38,415 nt of DNA from Octopus sinensis (Eukaryota), in assembly GCF_006345805.1 (NCBI RefSeq), contig NW_021835755.1, positions 1-38,415 on the forward strand, written 5' to 3'. Positions 12,300 through 23,890 of this stretch are shown in pieces; position 1 is the first letter of the stretch, and each line of letters starts with the position of its first letter. The position numbers were made by a program, and so were the translations under genes. Under the pieces are notes generated by a model. It did not search any database. It was not told where the DNA came from and saw only the letters and a list, made by a program, of their open reading frames with translations.

Positions 12300-12516
12300 A
12301 CAAGGGTCAGTTTTCCCGGCTTCTCTCACGTATATATTCCTCCCTGGATAGGATGCCGGTCCGTCACTGGATTGCTCACTTTTCCCGGCTGAGCGGACTG
12401 GAGCAACGTGAAATGAAATGTTTTGCTCAAGTGCACAACGCATCGGTCGGTTCAAGAATCGAAACCACAAGGTTATGAGTGATGAGTTCAACGTCCTAAG
12501 TACTAAGCCACGCCCC
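12300..12516 (-). mobile_element. tRNA-derived SINE with a Meta/V-like central domain
   Basis: Minus strand has A box GGCGTGGCTTAGTAC, B box GGTTTCGATTC, then gcaatccagtgacggaccggcatcctatccaggg...agaagccgggaaaac. This resembles the CTGCGATGGACT.GCATCCC.TCCAGGG...GAAACCGGGA superfamily domain as I recall it. Confidence 0.65.
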
Positions 12517-12815
12517 TTCTCGCGCGCGCTCAAACACACACACACACAGTTGCATACACATGTATATGTTTATATTTCATTGTTGTGTATGACAAACACA
12601 CAGATAGAGAGACACACATACACATATGTGGTCAAAATAGCAAAAACGAAACGTGGGCAATGAGAGACTACGGACAGTTGGACTACGTGAGTGGTTATAA
12701 CTGGTTGATAGAAACTCAAAACGTTGTAAACAAAATATAAACACAAGAAGAAATTAACATTAAAAGGTTTTGCACAGAAATGTGTATGTCGAAAAAGAAA
12801 AGGAAAAAATTGTAG

Positions 12816-12850
12816 ATTGACGTTTCGGGTGATGAACCCTTTATCAAAAT
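12816..12850 (-). ncRNA. Degenerate minimal type I hammerhead ribozyme (Penelope-like retroelement type), probably inactive
   Basis: Minus strand reads att-TTGATAA-A-GGGT-tcatc-ACCC-GAAAC-GTC-aat. Stem II and GAAACGUC are intact; CUGAUGA has two transitions. Confidence 0.55.
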
Positions 12851-14279
12851 AAAGTAAGAAATGAATAAGAAAGATAAAATAAAAGAAACGATAGCTGTTG
12901 AAAGCAAAGCGTGTATTTCGACTGCATGCTGTAGAATGTGCATTGGACCTTTAGACCGGAAGTAGACAATCACACATACATACATGAGGTGTGATATTGT
13001 TCGAAAGCAACAGCAACGAAAGGAAGCGTATTGTGATTAGTAGTGTATAACAACATCCGACATTCTGGTCGGTAGAGTTATATCGTAACATATATGTATA
13101 GTTGAGTAAAATCGGTGTATAAACTTTATATCATGCTGTGCAAAGCACCTCCACATTTATTGGCTACCAGATGTCATCATGCAGTGGGAATACTCTTGTT
13201 ATCGGATATACATCAGGAATTCCATTGTATGAATACGAGAAAATGGATTGAAGGACATTATTTTAAAACACTGCAATTGTTTCCACACATTGTTAAACCC
13301 GCGGTACATTCTTGAGATGATTAATTAATACATTGTGTAATAACATATTTTACACCTTTAATGGATGATATCAATTACATACTATATTAATTATATCAAC
13401 AATTGTAACAATTGAAATACTGTCCATATGTATACGATTCGGGGACATTGCAGCGAATTATATCTATGAGGAAAACACTCCATTGTACGCTGCTCCACTT
13501 TCTTATGTTGAAAATTAATCCCCATCAGTTGCTGGTAGAGCTCTCTTGCAATCCAGCTGTTAAATCGTGAATGCTCTACTACGTGAAGACGGTGTTAGCG
13601 TTTGCTGGCAAAGATGTATATACTTAAAAACCACTATCAAAACCGAGGTACAAACTACTATATCATACTCGCTTGTGAGTGACGGCCATGCATAAAGAAA
13701 CTAAATGTGTCTGTCTGTATTTATATGTGTGCGTGTGTGTGTATATATATGTATATATATACATACACATATAAACATGCAGGCCCATATACGTCTCTAT
13801 TATATAGGAATTGGCATACGCATGCGTACACACACACGTATATACAATCACATATGCTCTTTATGTGTGTGTGTGTATGTGTGTGTGTGTGCGTGTGTGT
13901 GTGATTTTTAGAAGGAGAGAGAAGAGTGAAAAAGGAAAACGAGAGAAAGAGAGAGGGGTGGAAAAGAAGAGAGAATGGTTTGTGTGTGAGTGTATTTGTG
14001 GTAATTTAATTGCGTAAGCGTATAATAAATTTAACCGAAGCCAGACCGAAGGACAATCGCCTTTGCGATTGATTAAAGATGAACGGAAACGATGCTCAGG
14101 AAATGACGTATTTTTTTTTGAGAGTGGAAAGACAGCTTACAGTGTTAGTAGTTTAGCCATGCATACATACACGCCTACACACATAAATACATACATACAA
14201 ACATATAGATTTACATATATGTATACACACACAATAGATATATATATATCTATGTATGTATATATATATAATGTATGTA

Positions 14280-14338
<59 letters not shown>

Positions 14339-14502
14339 TATATGTATATGTATATACGCACACACATATGATGTGATTCAATGGCGTAGAAGCTAGTTGC
14401 AAAGAACTCGCCAAATGCACGTGGTTGACAAATGCGTTGGCATGAAATTCGACGCCATATAGCCACTTATGAAGCTTCATATGTAGTAGTTATAATACTA
14501 AT

Positions 14503-14717
14503 AATGGTTTCAAGGGCAGAAATTTGGGGCGGTGGGGGGAAGGATGAGTCGATTACAATAGACATCCAGTATTCAACAGGTACTTATTTTATCGACCCCG
14601 CAATGATGAAAAGGCAAAATCGACCTCAGCGGAATTTGGACTCAAAACGGAGCGACAGGCGAAATACCACTAAGCGTTTCGTCCGGCGTCCTAAGGATTC
14701 TGCCAGTTCACCGACTT
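14503..14717 (-). mobile_element. SINE family B
   Basis: Reverse complement has tcggtgaactggcagaatcc head, ccaaattccgctgaggtcgattttgccttttcatc..cggggtcgataaaataagtacc, and a ccccaaatttctgccc tail. Confidence 0.8.
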
Positions 14718-14724
14718 CATTCAT

Positions 14725-14728
14725 ATTA

Positions 14729-14801
<73 letters not shown>

Positions 14802-14825
14802 ATAATAATAATAATAATAATAATG

Positions 14826-14857
<32 letters not shown>

Positions 14858-14876
14858 TAATAATAATAATATAATA
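14725..14876. repeat. (ACT)n switching to (AAT)n trinucleotide array
   Basis: Directly visible. Confidence 0.95.
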
Positions 14877-15439
14877 AATGCCCTGATGCAGTACCAGGCA
14901 GTGGCTCTCATGGCTTCTGATCTTAACTGATTGGAAGTGTTATCATGTACATTGTTTTGTCTTGGTATAAAAGATGGGCTACAGCAAATATTCTGCTCAA
15001 TACCACAGATTTTTGCTTGTCAGTTGTTTGACCTTAACCAGTTGAGCATGTCCCTTAGTGGCTGACGATATGTGCATCTCTGATCACGAGCAGAAGTAGT
15101 GGGGGAGCATCATAGCCATGTGTTGAGAAGGATTCTTTGGGGTTTGAATAATTCACCTCTGGAAACATGGGTGGTTCTTTCAACATCCTTAAACAAACCC
15201 TTATTCAGGGACCTTTTGAGCGGGATGGGCTACTCAACCTGAAGAAAATTCTAACTGGGCCCCCACCTGCAAGGTCATGTGCTGTTTATCTTGATATGAG
15301 ATCACCATGTCGCGCACATATGGTTGTGATGCATGTGCCTGGTGTACCTTTATCAGGCGGGTAGTCATGATGGGTATATTGGGCTTCGTATATTTTACCC
15401 CAGTGTCACTTTGATGGCATGAACTGCTCTCTCACTCAA
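14877..15439. mobile_element. About 560 bp complex interspersed element embedded between two (AAT)n arrays (class unassigned)
   Basis: High-complexity block with sharp (AAT)n borders on both sides. I recall it as a frequent Octopus repeat, but this is not verifiable here. Confidence 0.55.
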
Positions 15440-15441
15440 TG

Positions 15442-15489
<48 letters not shown>

Positions 15490-15547
15490 GTCCTTTCTAG
15501 TATGTGTGTATGTATGTATGTATGCATGTATGTATGTGTGTGTGTGT

Positions 15548-16045
15548 ATGGGCACAAGACGTCACTAACAGCAAGGAACATGAAATACGAAAACAAATGA
15601 GTTAAATGCGCAAACAACGAGAGAAAAAATGGGAAACAGGACAAGTACCACAATGAACGACTCTTCATCAGTTGTCGGTTGTGTATCTACTCCTCATTTC
15701 GAGCATTGAACGACAATATGAGTCTTCGAAGACAGTTCCTCCCATCAATACCAAAATAAAATTCTGGATTTATGGAGGGTCAAAGTTGGGAACAAAAACA
15801 GGACAGTGGAGACATACAAAGAAACCGAACGAAAACAAACATTGATGGTCGTTATACCTGAACGAGGGTAAAATAGTGAACGCTGGAGAAATATTTTCTT
15901 TGAAAAGAGAAAATATAGAAAAGATAGACGTCCAGTCCTTAGGACGCCCCGGGGAAAAGGAAAGAATGTCACGTGAGGAAAAGGAAAGAATGTCACGTGA
16001 GGAAAAGAAAGATGGACGATGGTCACGTGTGATCAACGAGAGAGA
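15548..16045. repeat. Interspersed repeat family D, copy 2 (longer)
   Basis: Homologous to 11517-11742. Contains palindrome GTCTTCGAAGAC and a 24-bp tandem duplication ggaaaaggaaagaatgtcacgtga. Confidence 0.7.
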
Positions 16046-16061
16046 AAAAGAGAAAGAGAGG

Positions 16062-16266
16062 AAGGCAGCGAACTCGCAGAAACTTTAGCACGGTGGGCGA
16101 AATGCTCGTCTGTCTTTACATTCTGAGTTCAAATTCCGCCGCGGTCGACTTTGCCTTTCATCCTTTTGGGGTCGATAAATTAAGTACCAGTTGCATACTG
16201 GAGTCGATCTAATCGACTGATGCCCTCCCCGAAAATTTTGGGCCTTGTGCCTAGAGTAAAAAAGTA
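16062..16266 (+). mobile_element. SINE family B (ccccgaaaattttgggccttgtgcct tail)
   Basis: aaggcagcgaactcgcagaaac head, B box GAGTTCAAATTCC, gtcgactttgcctttcatcc..ggggtcgataaattaagtacc. Confidence 0.85.
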
Positions 16267-17079
16267 TATATATAAAGAGATATTTCCATATCTCTGTAGA
16301 GAAATATATTTTTATATATGTATGTGCATACAGTTCATAACTGATGGCGTATATTTGATGGAATATTTAAACAGAATTATATAAAAATATGCTCTTAATT
16401 ATGGGATACCCTGTGTGTGTATGTTTGCGTGTAAATATGTGTGTGTAAGTGTGTATATATTCACACACACTTACGCATACATACACACACATGTGTATAC
16501 ACATGCACGTATATGTGTACGATTGTGCAAGATTGTGTTTGTGCGTATGCATATGTGTATGCATTTGTGTGCACATGCATACATGCAATAATACCAGCGC
16601 TCATGTTCACACACACGCACACATTCACATGCACATGCGCAGAATCTTTTAATTTTCTTGAAATATTCTCTCTAGTCACGACATTAATTTACGTCTAATT
16701 GGTGTCAGCGCAAGTCACATGACAGCCAGCCGTCTCGCACGATATCACTGAGCTTGATTTTGAGTTATCTCCCCCTGCTCACTACCCATCACCTTTGTTT
16801 CATTTGGCTGTAATTTGAGAAGTTGTGCGCTATGGCGATGTTGGCGTCGGTGTTGGACGTATAACTTTTTGTTTCTCTGTTCCGTTCCTCCTTCATCCTA
16901 CAACTGACACATTACCTTAATTCTGCCCTAGCTCTTCATATTGTTCTTGTTTCTGTTTTTACTCTTTATGTTGTTATTGCTGCAGAATATCGACATCCTA
17001 CCTTTAAATTCGACGCAGTTTTTTGACGTTTCCCTGTAGTTGTTGTAACTGTAATATTAGTGGATGTGGTTGTTGTTTT

Positions 17080-17552
17080 CGTTGTTGTTGTTGTTGTTGT
17101 TGATTATTGTAGTGATTGTAGTTGCAGTAGCATTTGTTATTGTTGTTGTTTTACTAGTTGTTGATGTTGTTATTGTTAATGTCAATGATGATAACGTTGT
17201 TGTCGATTATAATGATGATAATGCTGACGATTATAACGATGCTGCTAATTATATTGATTACAGTAACGATGGTAATGATGATGATGGAGACACCGACAAC
17301 GCCAACGACGTTGATGCTGACGATGTTGATGGTGGTGATGAGAATGATGATGAAGGAGATGAGGATTAGGAAGATGATGACGATGGTGATGATGAGAATG
17401 ACGACGCGACGACGACGACGACGAAAGATGATGATGATGATAATGATGATGATGCTGATGATTATGATGATGAGGATGTGGACGACGACGACGACAACGA
17501 CGCCGATAATGACGATGATGATGATGATGATGATGATGGTGATGCCGATGAC

Positions 17553-17597
<45 letters not shown>

Positions 17598-17635
17598 CGT
17601 GATGATGATGATGATGATGATGATCGTGATGATGA

Positions 17636-17666
<31 letters not shown>

Positions 17667-17690
17667 CGATGGCGGTGGTGCAGGTTGAGG
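17080..17690. repeat. Compound (GTT)n/(GAT)n/(GAC)n trinucleotide block
   Basis: Directly visible; source of the poly-Met/Asp/His ORFs. Confidence 0.9.
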
Positions 17691-17928
17691 TAGTTTGGTT
17701 CACAAGAAATCGGTGGTTATGATTTCTGGTTCTTTCATGTCAATGTTTGTCTTGTGATCGTTGCTGTCGTCCTCATAACCAGCTCCATACCAAAGCTCTT
17801 TCGTCCTTTTCTTTGTCTTTTTCTCTTCCTCTTTCTCTCCTTTTTTCCTCTCTTTCTCTTCATCTTCCAGTTCTCCTATTCTTCTCCTTCTTTCCCTTCT
17901 CCTCCTCTTCATCTCCTTCTCCTCATCT

Positions 17929-18160
17929 TATTTCTTTATTGCCCACAAGGGGCTAAACATAGAAGGGACAAACAAGGACAGACAAAGGAATTAAGTCGAT
18001 TACATCGACCCCAGTGCATAACTGTTACTTAATTTATCGACCCCGGAAGGATGAAAGACAAAGTCGACCTCGGCGGAATTTGAACTAAAAACGTAACGGC
18101 AGACGAAATACCGATAAGCATCTCGCCCGACGCGCTAACGTTTCTGCCAGTTCACCGCCT
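17929..18160 (-). mobile_element. SINE family B (ttagccccttgtggg..aaagaaata tail), young
   Basis: Reverse complement closely matches 27650-27880. Confidence 0.9.
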
Positions 18161-18164
18161 TTCT

Positions 18165-18600
18165 CTCATCTTGCTCCTCATCCTTTCTCTCATCTCCTTC
18201 TCCACATCTTGCTCCCAATCTCTTCCACTTCCTCCCTTTTCTCCTCTTTCTCCCCTTCTCTTCATTTTCCTCCCTTCTCTTCCTCCTCTTCTTCCACTTC
18301 CGTTCCTTCTATTTCTCCTCGTCTCTTCCCTCCTTCTTCCTCCTCTTCCTCCACCTCCTCCTCCTCCTCCTCTTCCTCCTCTTCTTCTTCTTCCTCCTCA
18401 TGTTTTTCCTCTTCCCCCTCTTCTTCTTCCTCCTCCTCTTCTTCTTCCTCTACCTCCTCTTCCTCCCTCTCCTCTTCTTCTTCCTCCTCTTCCTTCTCGT
18501 TGTCTTCGTCGTCTTCGTCGTCTTCGTCGTCTTCGTCGACGTTGTTGTCGTCGTCGTCGTCGTCATCATCATCATCATCATCGTCATCAGCGTCATTTTT
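18165..18600. repeat. (CCT/CTT)n grading into (CGT)n/(CAT)n
   Basis: Directly visible. Confidence 0.9.
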
Positions 18601-18739
18601 ATCGTCTGTTGTTAACGTCGTTGTTTTGGTCAATGAAAGAATTAGCAATAATCTTTGCGACCAGATTTTAAAACAAAAAATGCATGATTATCCCAAGTAA
18701 GCATTCGGATGGTTTGCAAAGGAAAGATAAAACGATGGT

Positions 18740-18945
18740 ACTCGCAAAAATTATTGTCTTAAAATGTTAGCGACACTTCTTCCAGCTCTCTACATTCTCA
18801 GATCAAAATTCCACTGAGGTGGACCTTACCGTTTATCCTTTCATGATCGATAAGATAAGTGCCAGGTGAGTGCTAGGGTCAATGAAATCGATTAGCCCCA
18901 CCCTACTCTCGCCATATTTCAGGTCTTACGCCCGTAGAACAAAGA
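18740..18945 (+). mobile_element. SINE family B, highly diverged
   Basis: ttctcagatcaaaattccactgaggtggaccttaccgtttatcctttcatgatcgataagataagtgccag... Confidence 0.55.
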
Positions 18946-18984
18946 AAAAAATGCCTTAGAGTCGTTAGCATTGACGACAAGGTT

Positions 18985-19133
18985 ATTAGCAGCATTTATT
19001 CGGAATTTGACTTTGCCTTTCATCCTCCCGGAGTTGAGGAAATAAATACCAGTTGAGCGCTGGTGGTCGATATAAACAACGAGCTTCTTCCATCAAAATT
19101 TGAAGGCCTTGTGCCTATAGCAGAATGGATTAC
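18985..19133 (+). mobile_element. SINE family B, 5'-degraded
   Basis: ttgactttgcctttcatcctcccggagttgaggaaataaataccagttgagcgctgg...aaaatttgaaggccttgtgcctatagcag. Confidence 0.6.
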
Positions 19134-19134
19134 T

Positions 19135-19156
19135 GTTAGTAGTAGTAGTATTAGTG

Positions 19157-19200
<44 letters not shown>

Positions 19201-19307
19201 GGTGATGGTAATGGTCGTAATAGTAGTAGTAGTAATAGTAGTAGCAGTAATAGTAGTAGATGTTGTTCTAGTAGTAGTAGTAGTAATAGTAGTAGCAGCA
19301 GCAGCAG

Positions 19308-19345
<38 letters not shown>

Positions 19346-19357
19346 TATTATTATTAT

Positions 19358-19417
<60 letters not shown>

Positions 19418-19710
19418 AACAAAGTGAAGAGAATAGAAGAATGAGAAGGGAAAAAATCCGTGGAAGAAGAAGAAGAAGAAAGAAGAAGAAGAAGAAGAAG
19501 AAGAAGAAGAAGAAGAAGAGAAGAAGAAGAAGAGATAAAAGCGGATCAACAACAGTAATTAGGATTAGAATAGACAAATGGACGAAGTAGCAAGCTAAGT
19601 GGTAGTAGTAGTAGTAGTAGTAGTTGGAATAGGAGAAAGGGGTGGTCATCATCTTCATTATTAACAACAATACAACAACAACGACAACAACGACAACAAC
19701 GACAACAACG
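19135..19710. repeat. Compound (AGT)n/(ATT)n/(AAG)n/(ACAACG)n block
   Basis: Directly visible. Confidence 0.9.
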
Positions 19711-19920
19711 GCATCAATGTGACATAAGTAGTATGAGGGTTAGGGGTGGGGGTGAGGGTGGGGGAGGAGATAGAAGAGGAGGAAAGAAAGAGCCGAACGG
19801 ATATCCTTCTGTTTTTTTTTTTTGTTTCTTCTTTTTACGTCTCAACAATTGACAACTGGACAGCCGAGCTGACATGTTTTCAATGACGATGAACGACAAC
19901 AATGACTTTCTGTGTCTTAG

Positions 19921-19956
<36 letters not shown>

Positions 19957-20039
19957 ACACAGACACACACACACACCACACAGACACACACACACACATA
20001 CACACACACACACACACACACGCACACACACACACACAC

Positions 20040-20167
20040 ACGCATTAATAGCCATGTCCATGTGTGTGTGTATATATATATATATGTATATATGTATATA
20101 TATTGTATGTTTATGTATGCACACACACAGACACACACATTAAAATCCATGTCCATGTGTCTGTGTA

Positions 20168-20198
<31 letters not shown>

Positions 20199-20250
20199 GT
20201 ATATGTTTATGCACACACACAGACACACAGACACTCACACACACACACAA
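20040..20250 (+). repeat. About 95-bp tandem duplication built from microsatellite modules
   Basis: ccatgtccatgtgt at 20052 and 20147, each followed by (TA)n then tgtttatg...cacacacacagacacac. Confidence 0.7.
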
Positions 20251-20329
20251 TTATATGCTGTGTATGCGTCTTCCTTTTCTAACTTTCATTGTTGTTTTAG
20301 AAGTGTTTTTTTATATAATTATAGATTTT

Positions 20330-20915
20330 GTACGTATGTATTGTATGTATGTAAGTATGTATGTATGTATTATGTATGTATGTATGTATGTATGTATGTA
20401 TGTATGTATGTATGTATGTATGTATGTATGTATGTATTATGTATGTATGTATGTATGTATGTATGTGTATACGCAAGTATGTGTGCATATATGCATGTAT
20501 GTCTGTATGTATATGTGTATATATGTATATATATATGAATGTATGTATGCATGTTTGAATGTATGTATAACTGCATGTATGTGTGTATATATGCATCTAT
20601 GTATGTATTTATGTATATGTGTATGTATGTTGGTGCGTGTGTGTACATGTATGTGCTTCGATGTCTGCATTTCTGGGCAGACCGATAAATTTGTGTATAT
20701 TGGTGTGTATTGTCCTACATACATACATATATACCTACATACATACATACATACACATATACATACATACATACATACATACGTTCATACATACATACAT
20801 ACATACATACATACATACATACATACATACATACATACATACATACATACATACATACATACGTTCATACATACATACATACATATATACATACATACAT
20901 ACATACATACATAGA
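20330..20915. repeat. (TATG)n array facing a (CATA)n array across a short unique spacer
   Basis: (TATG)n about 20330-20640, spacer about 20650-20715, (CATA)n about 20716-20915. Confidence 0.85.
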
Positions 20916-21432
20916 CACAGGCAAACGTACACAGAGACGCACACACACGCACGCACGCGCACACACACATATTGCTTGTAGACCATTGCAGTGTGCGTAT
21001 ATTTTACATGCCGTGTTTCTGTGCGATCGCGCGCGCGCGAGTATGATTGTTTCAGACATCACAACAGTGGTAGCCTCTCAATTACCGTTTTTGTTGTTAT
21101 TGCTGTTGTTGCCGGTCATTTAGCTTTCAACAATGATGCTAATTGCACGACCCTGGTATGATGGACAGACTGTCTTAATGATTGTCACAACGCAAGAGTG
21201 TTGTGTTTGCTTTAGCTACTTTCTACAGTACGACAGCAATGACAACGACAACAGCAATATCAACAACAACAACAACAACAGTCTCAGAGTAGCAGCAGCA
21301 ATTGCAACAGCAGCAGCAGCTCCGGCAGCAACTGCAGCAGCAGCAGTTCCCAGACAGGCAATGGTAGAAAAACCTGCAGCAATAACAACAGTTATTGTTC
21401 TCCTAATTCGCCCACACTTCTTCTACGACACT

Positions 21433-22198
21433 TATGAGGGGGTACCCAAAAGTAACCGGAAACGTTCTCTGTGGGACAAGCCCGTTGTAGTTCAAGCTTC
21501 CGCCGCTGAGAACCCACTTGATGCGGCCCTCAGGCACCAGTCTGCCAACTGGCCTTGTCCAGTGGAGTCGCATTTCCACGTGGTGCGTCTTTGTTTTGCA
21601 GTGCTACTTCCCTATTCGTCGATGGATGAAACGAAGGAACAGCGTGCTTCCGTAAAATTCTGTTTTTCTGCTGGAGAAAACGGCAGCCGAAACAGTTCTT
21701 CAAACGGCTTAGAAGGACGCTGCCATGAGCAAAATCCACGTTTTAGGAATGGTCAGTTGTCGCTTGAAGATCAACCTCGTTCAGGGCGACCCGTCGATAT
21801 CACGTACAAATGAAAACATCACGAAAACCCATGAACTGATTTTGAAGGTTCGTCGCCGAACAATTGATGAACTTGTTGATATGAATGGCGTACTCTGGAG
21901 CTTCTGCCAACGAACTTTGAGCGTGGAATTGCGAATGAAAAGAGTAGCAGCAAACTTTGTGCCTCACTTGCTCACGGAAGATCAAAAGCGGTCACGATTG
22001 AATGCCTGTCGTGAATTGAAAGAACAGTTGGAAGTTGATCCGAACGTCTTTCTGAAGGTTACCACTACTGACGAAAGCTGATGCTATTGCTACGAACCGG
22101 AAACGAATCAACAATGAAGTCGTTGGACGCATTCAATGTCACCACGCCCCCCCCCCCCAAAAAAAAATCGCGTCAAGTGAAGTCCAGTGTAAAGATGA
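21433..22198 (+). mobile_element. 5' half of a decayed mariner transposon
   Basis: TA + TIR TGAGGGGGTACCCAAAAGTAACCGGAA at 21433. ATG at 21622: MDETKEQRASVKFCF, then LSLEDQPRSGRP, ELRMKRVAANFVPHLLTEDQKRSR, VTTTDES*CYCYEPET. Frameshifts and stops; truncated after the first catalytic D region. Confidence 0.9.
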
Positions 22199-22302
22199 GA
22201 ATACTGGAGAATACTGTGAAGGAGATAAAAGTGTAAACATGTAAAACTAAGTGAATGAAATAATATTGCAAAATTTCAGTTTCTTATGGGTACCCCCTTG
22301 TA

Positions 22303-22444
22303 TTTTTCAGTTTCTATCAACCAAACAAATTCACAAAGTTTTGGACGGCTCCGGCCTATAGTAGAAGACACTTCCACAAGGTGCTACACAATCGGAAAAA
22401 CCCTGAAATTATGTGGTTGGGAAGCAAACTTCTTACCACACAGC
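22303..22444 (-). mobile_element. SINE family A, 5' half, diverged
   Basis: ctatagtagaagacacttccacaaggtgc...atgtggttgggaagcaaacttcttaccacacagc. Confidence 0.7.
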
Positions 22445-22764
22445 AAAGATGTGTACAAACTTTGTAAAAGAAAAGCAAAATTGTCATACAACTGAATTTC
22501 TGTGCACAACCACAGCAAACACTTAGAGGAAACATTGGCTGTAAGATGCGTGGTCTTCACATCGCCTAGTCTACCAAGCTGTAAATAGGCACAAAGTAAA
22601 AAAAAAAGACTGAACAACTCACCAGTGTCAGCAGTGGGCAGCCGTATTGTTGACGAGGGTTTTAGTGCTGACCGTAGTTCTGCCTTCTCTGTGTATACAG
22701 CTTGATCAATTCAGTTACAACAACCACTGATCCAGATAAAGGATGATGGTTATATTATTATTCT

Positions 22765-23010
22765 TATTTAGTCTCTGCTGAGTTATGATTGTGAAGATCT
22801 CTGAACAAAGATGTTCCATCCGTGACCATCCCATCTTTTGATTACAGATATTGTTGAGGGAGATTTTACTGTCATTCCTAGCAGTGAGTGCTGTTGTTGT
22901 GTTGCAGTTCTTGCTCAGTTATGACGAAGTAGACTTGTGACCCAATGCATCCATCTGCGACCATCGCGTCTTTTGTAAAAACTAAGATTAGGTCGACCAA
23001 TCTGTTTTTC
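22765..23010 (-). repeat. Two diverged family C copies
   Basis: ccatccgtgaccatcccatctttt and ccatctgcgaccatcgcgtctttt match the motifs at 36890-36915 and 37050-37075. Orientation is inferred from the (GTT)n tail position. Confidence 0.45.
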
Positions 23011-23454
23011 TTTGTTTAAAACGATGGAGTTAATTCGAAGGAATTTGACGGTAATTTTTACGAGGTCAAGTCAATACATACGAGAAAAATCCTCTTTTGT
23101 TTACTGGAATCGAAGATAAACATTATTGCTTGTATCTGCTTGATTCGCTTAAATAGGTTTATTTTTATCTTTCTAGTCAGAAAGAAACACTAGGTAAAAG
23201 TTGTGTGAGGAAGAGAGGAAGACATACTCGAAAAGGAGACCCGGACAAAATACTTGCAATAGAGAGGGGTTTGTCAAAGGCACCAAAGCGACAAGTGGTG
23301 GTGTCAACTATACAGCGGAATAAGTCTACTCCCCAAGTAGGCTAGAGCGGGATTTGAACACAGGACAAAAGAAAAAACGGGATAGATATTGTAAGCCATC
23401 CGGCCAGTCATTTTTACAGTTTCGCCTCTACATCGGATTGGATTGCTAATTTTT

Positions 23455-23590
23455 TTTAGCGAACTCAAAAGGATGAAAGTCAAAGTTTACCTGACTTTGG
23501 TGGGATTTGAGCTCAGTGCGACAAGTGTCAGAACAAATACTGTGGGGCAATCTACCCGATGTACTACTGATTTACCCAATTCTCCGCCCT
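23455..23590 (-). mobile_element. SINE family B, diverged
   Basis: aaaaggatgaaagtcaaagttt...ggtgggatttgagctcag...ccaattctccgccct. Confidence 0.5.
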
Positions 23591-23677
23591 ATCAAACGAG
23601 CACTAAATCATTACCCCAAAGGTTTCAATGGTAGTTTCGTTTCTTTCAGCAACTTCATTGTCATGCTCTTGACGGTT

Positions 23678-23890
23678 CATCATCATCATCATCATCATAA
23701 TCATAATCATCATCAGCAGCACCATCACCATCACCATCAACAACACCAATACCATCACCACCACTAACACCACCACCACCACCACTGTGTCATCATAGTC
23801 GTCGTCATCGTCGTGATCGAAGTCGCCGTCATGATGATGAGGATGATGATGATGATGATGAACGTCGTCATCATCATCATCATCGTCACT
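23678..23890. repeat. (CAT)n/(CAC)n/(GAT)n block with a strand switch
   Basis: (GAT)n 23831-23860 faces (CAT)n 23869-23884. Confidence 0.85.

Noticed and set aside
15640-15735. CTGATGA and CGAAA on the minus strand of family D as a hammerhead ribozyme
   Set aside because: The order would require a type II topology, and I could not form stems II or III around the core.
18863-18871. Consensus plus-strand donor CAG|GTGAGT, and GTGGTAAGT sites in family A heads
   Set aside because: They lie inside SINE copies. They show that consensus donors arise by chance here, which is why the island donors get only low confidence.
21133-21813. 226-aa ORF with poly-Asn/poly-Ala resembling a transcription-factor tail
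   Set aside because: It is a chance fusion of (CAA)/(CAG) repeats with the mariner TIR, leader and frameshifted transposase.
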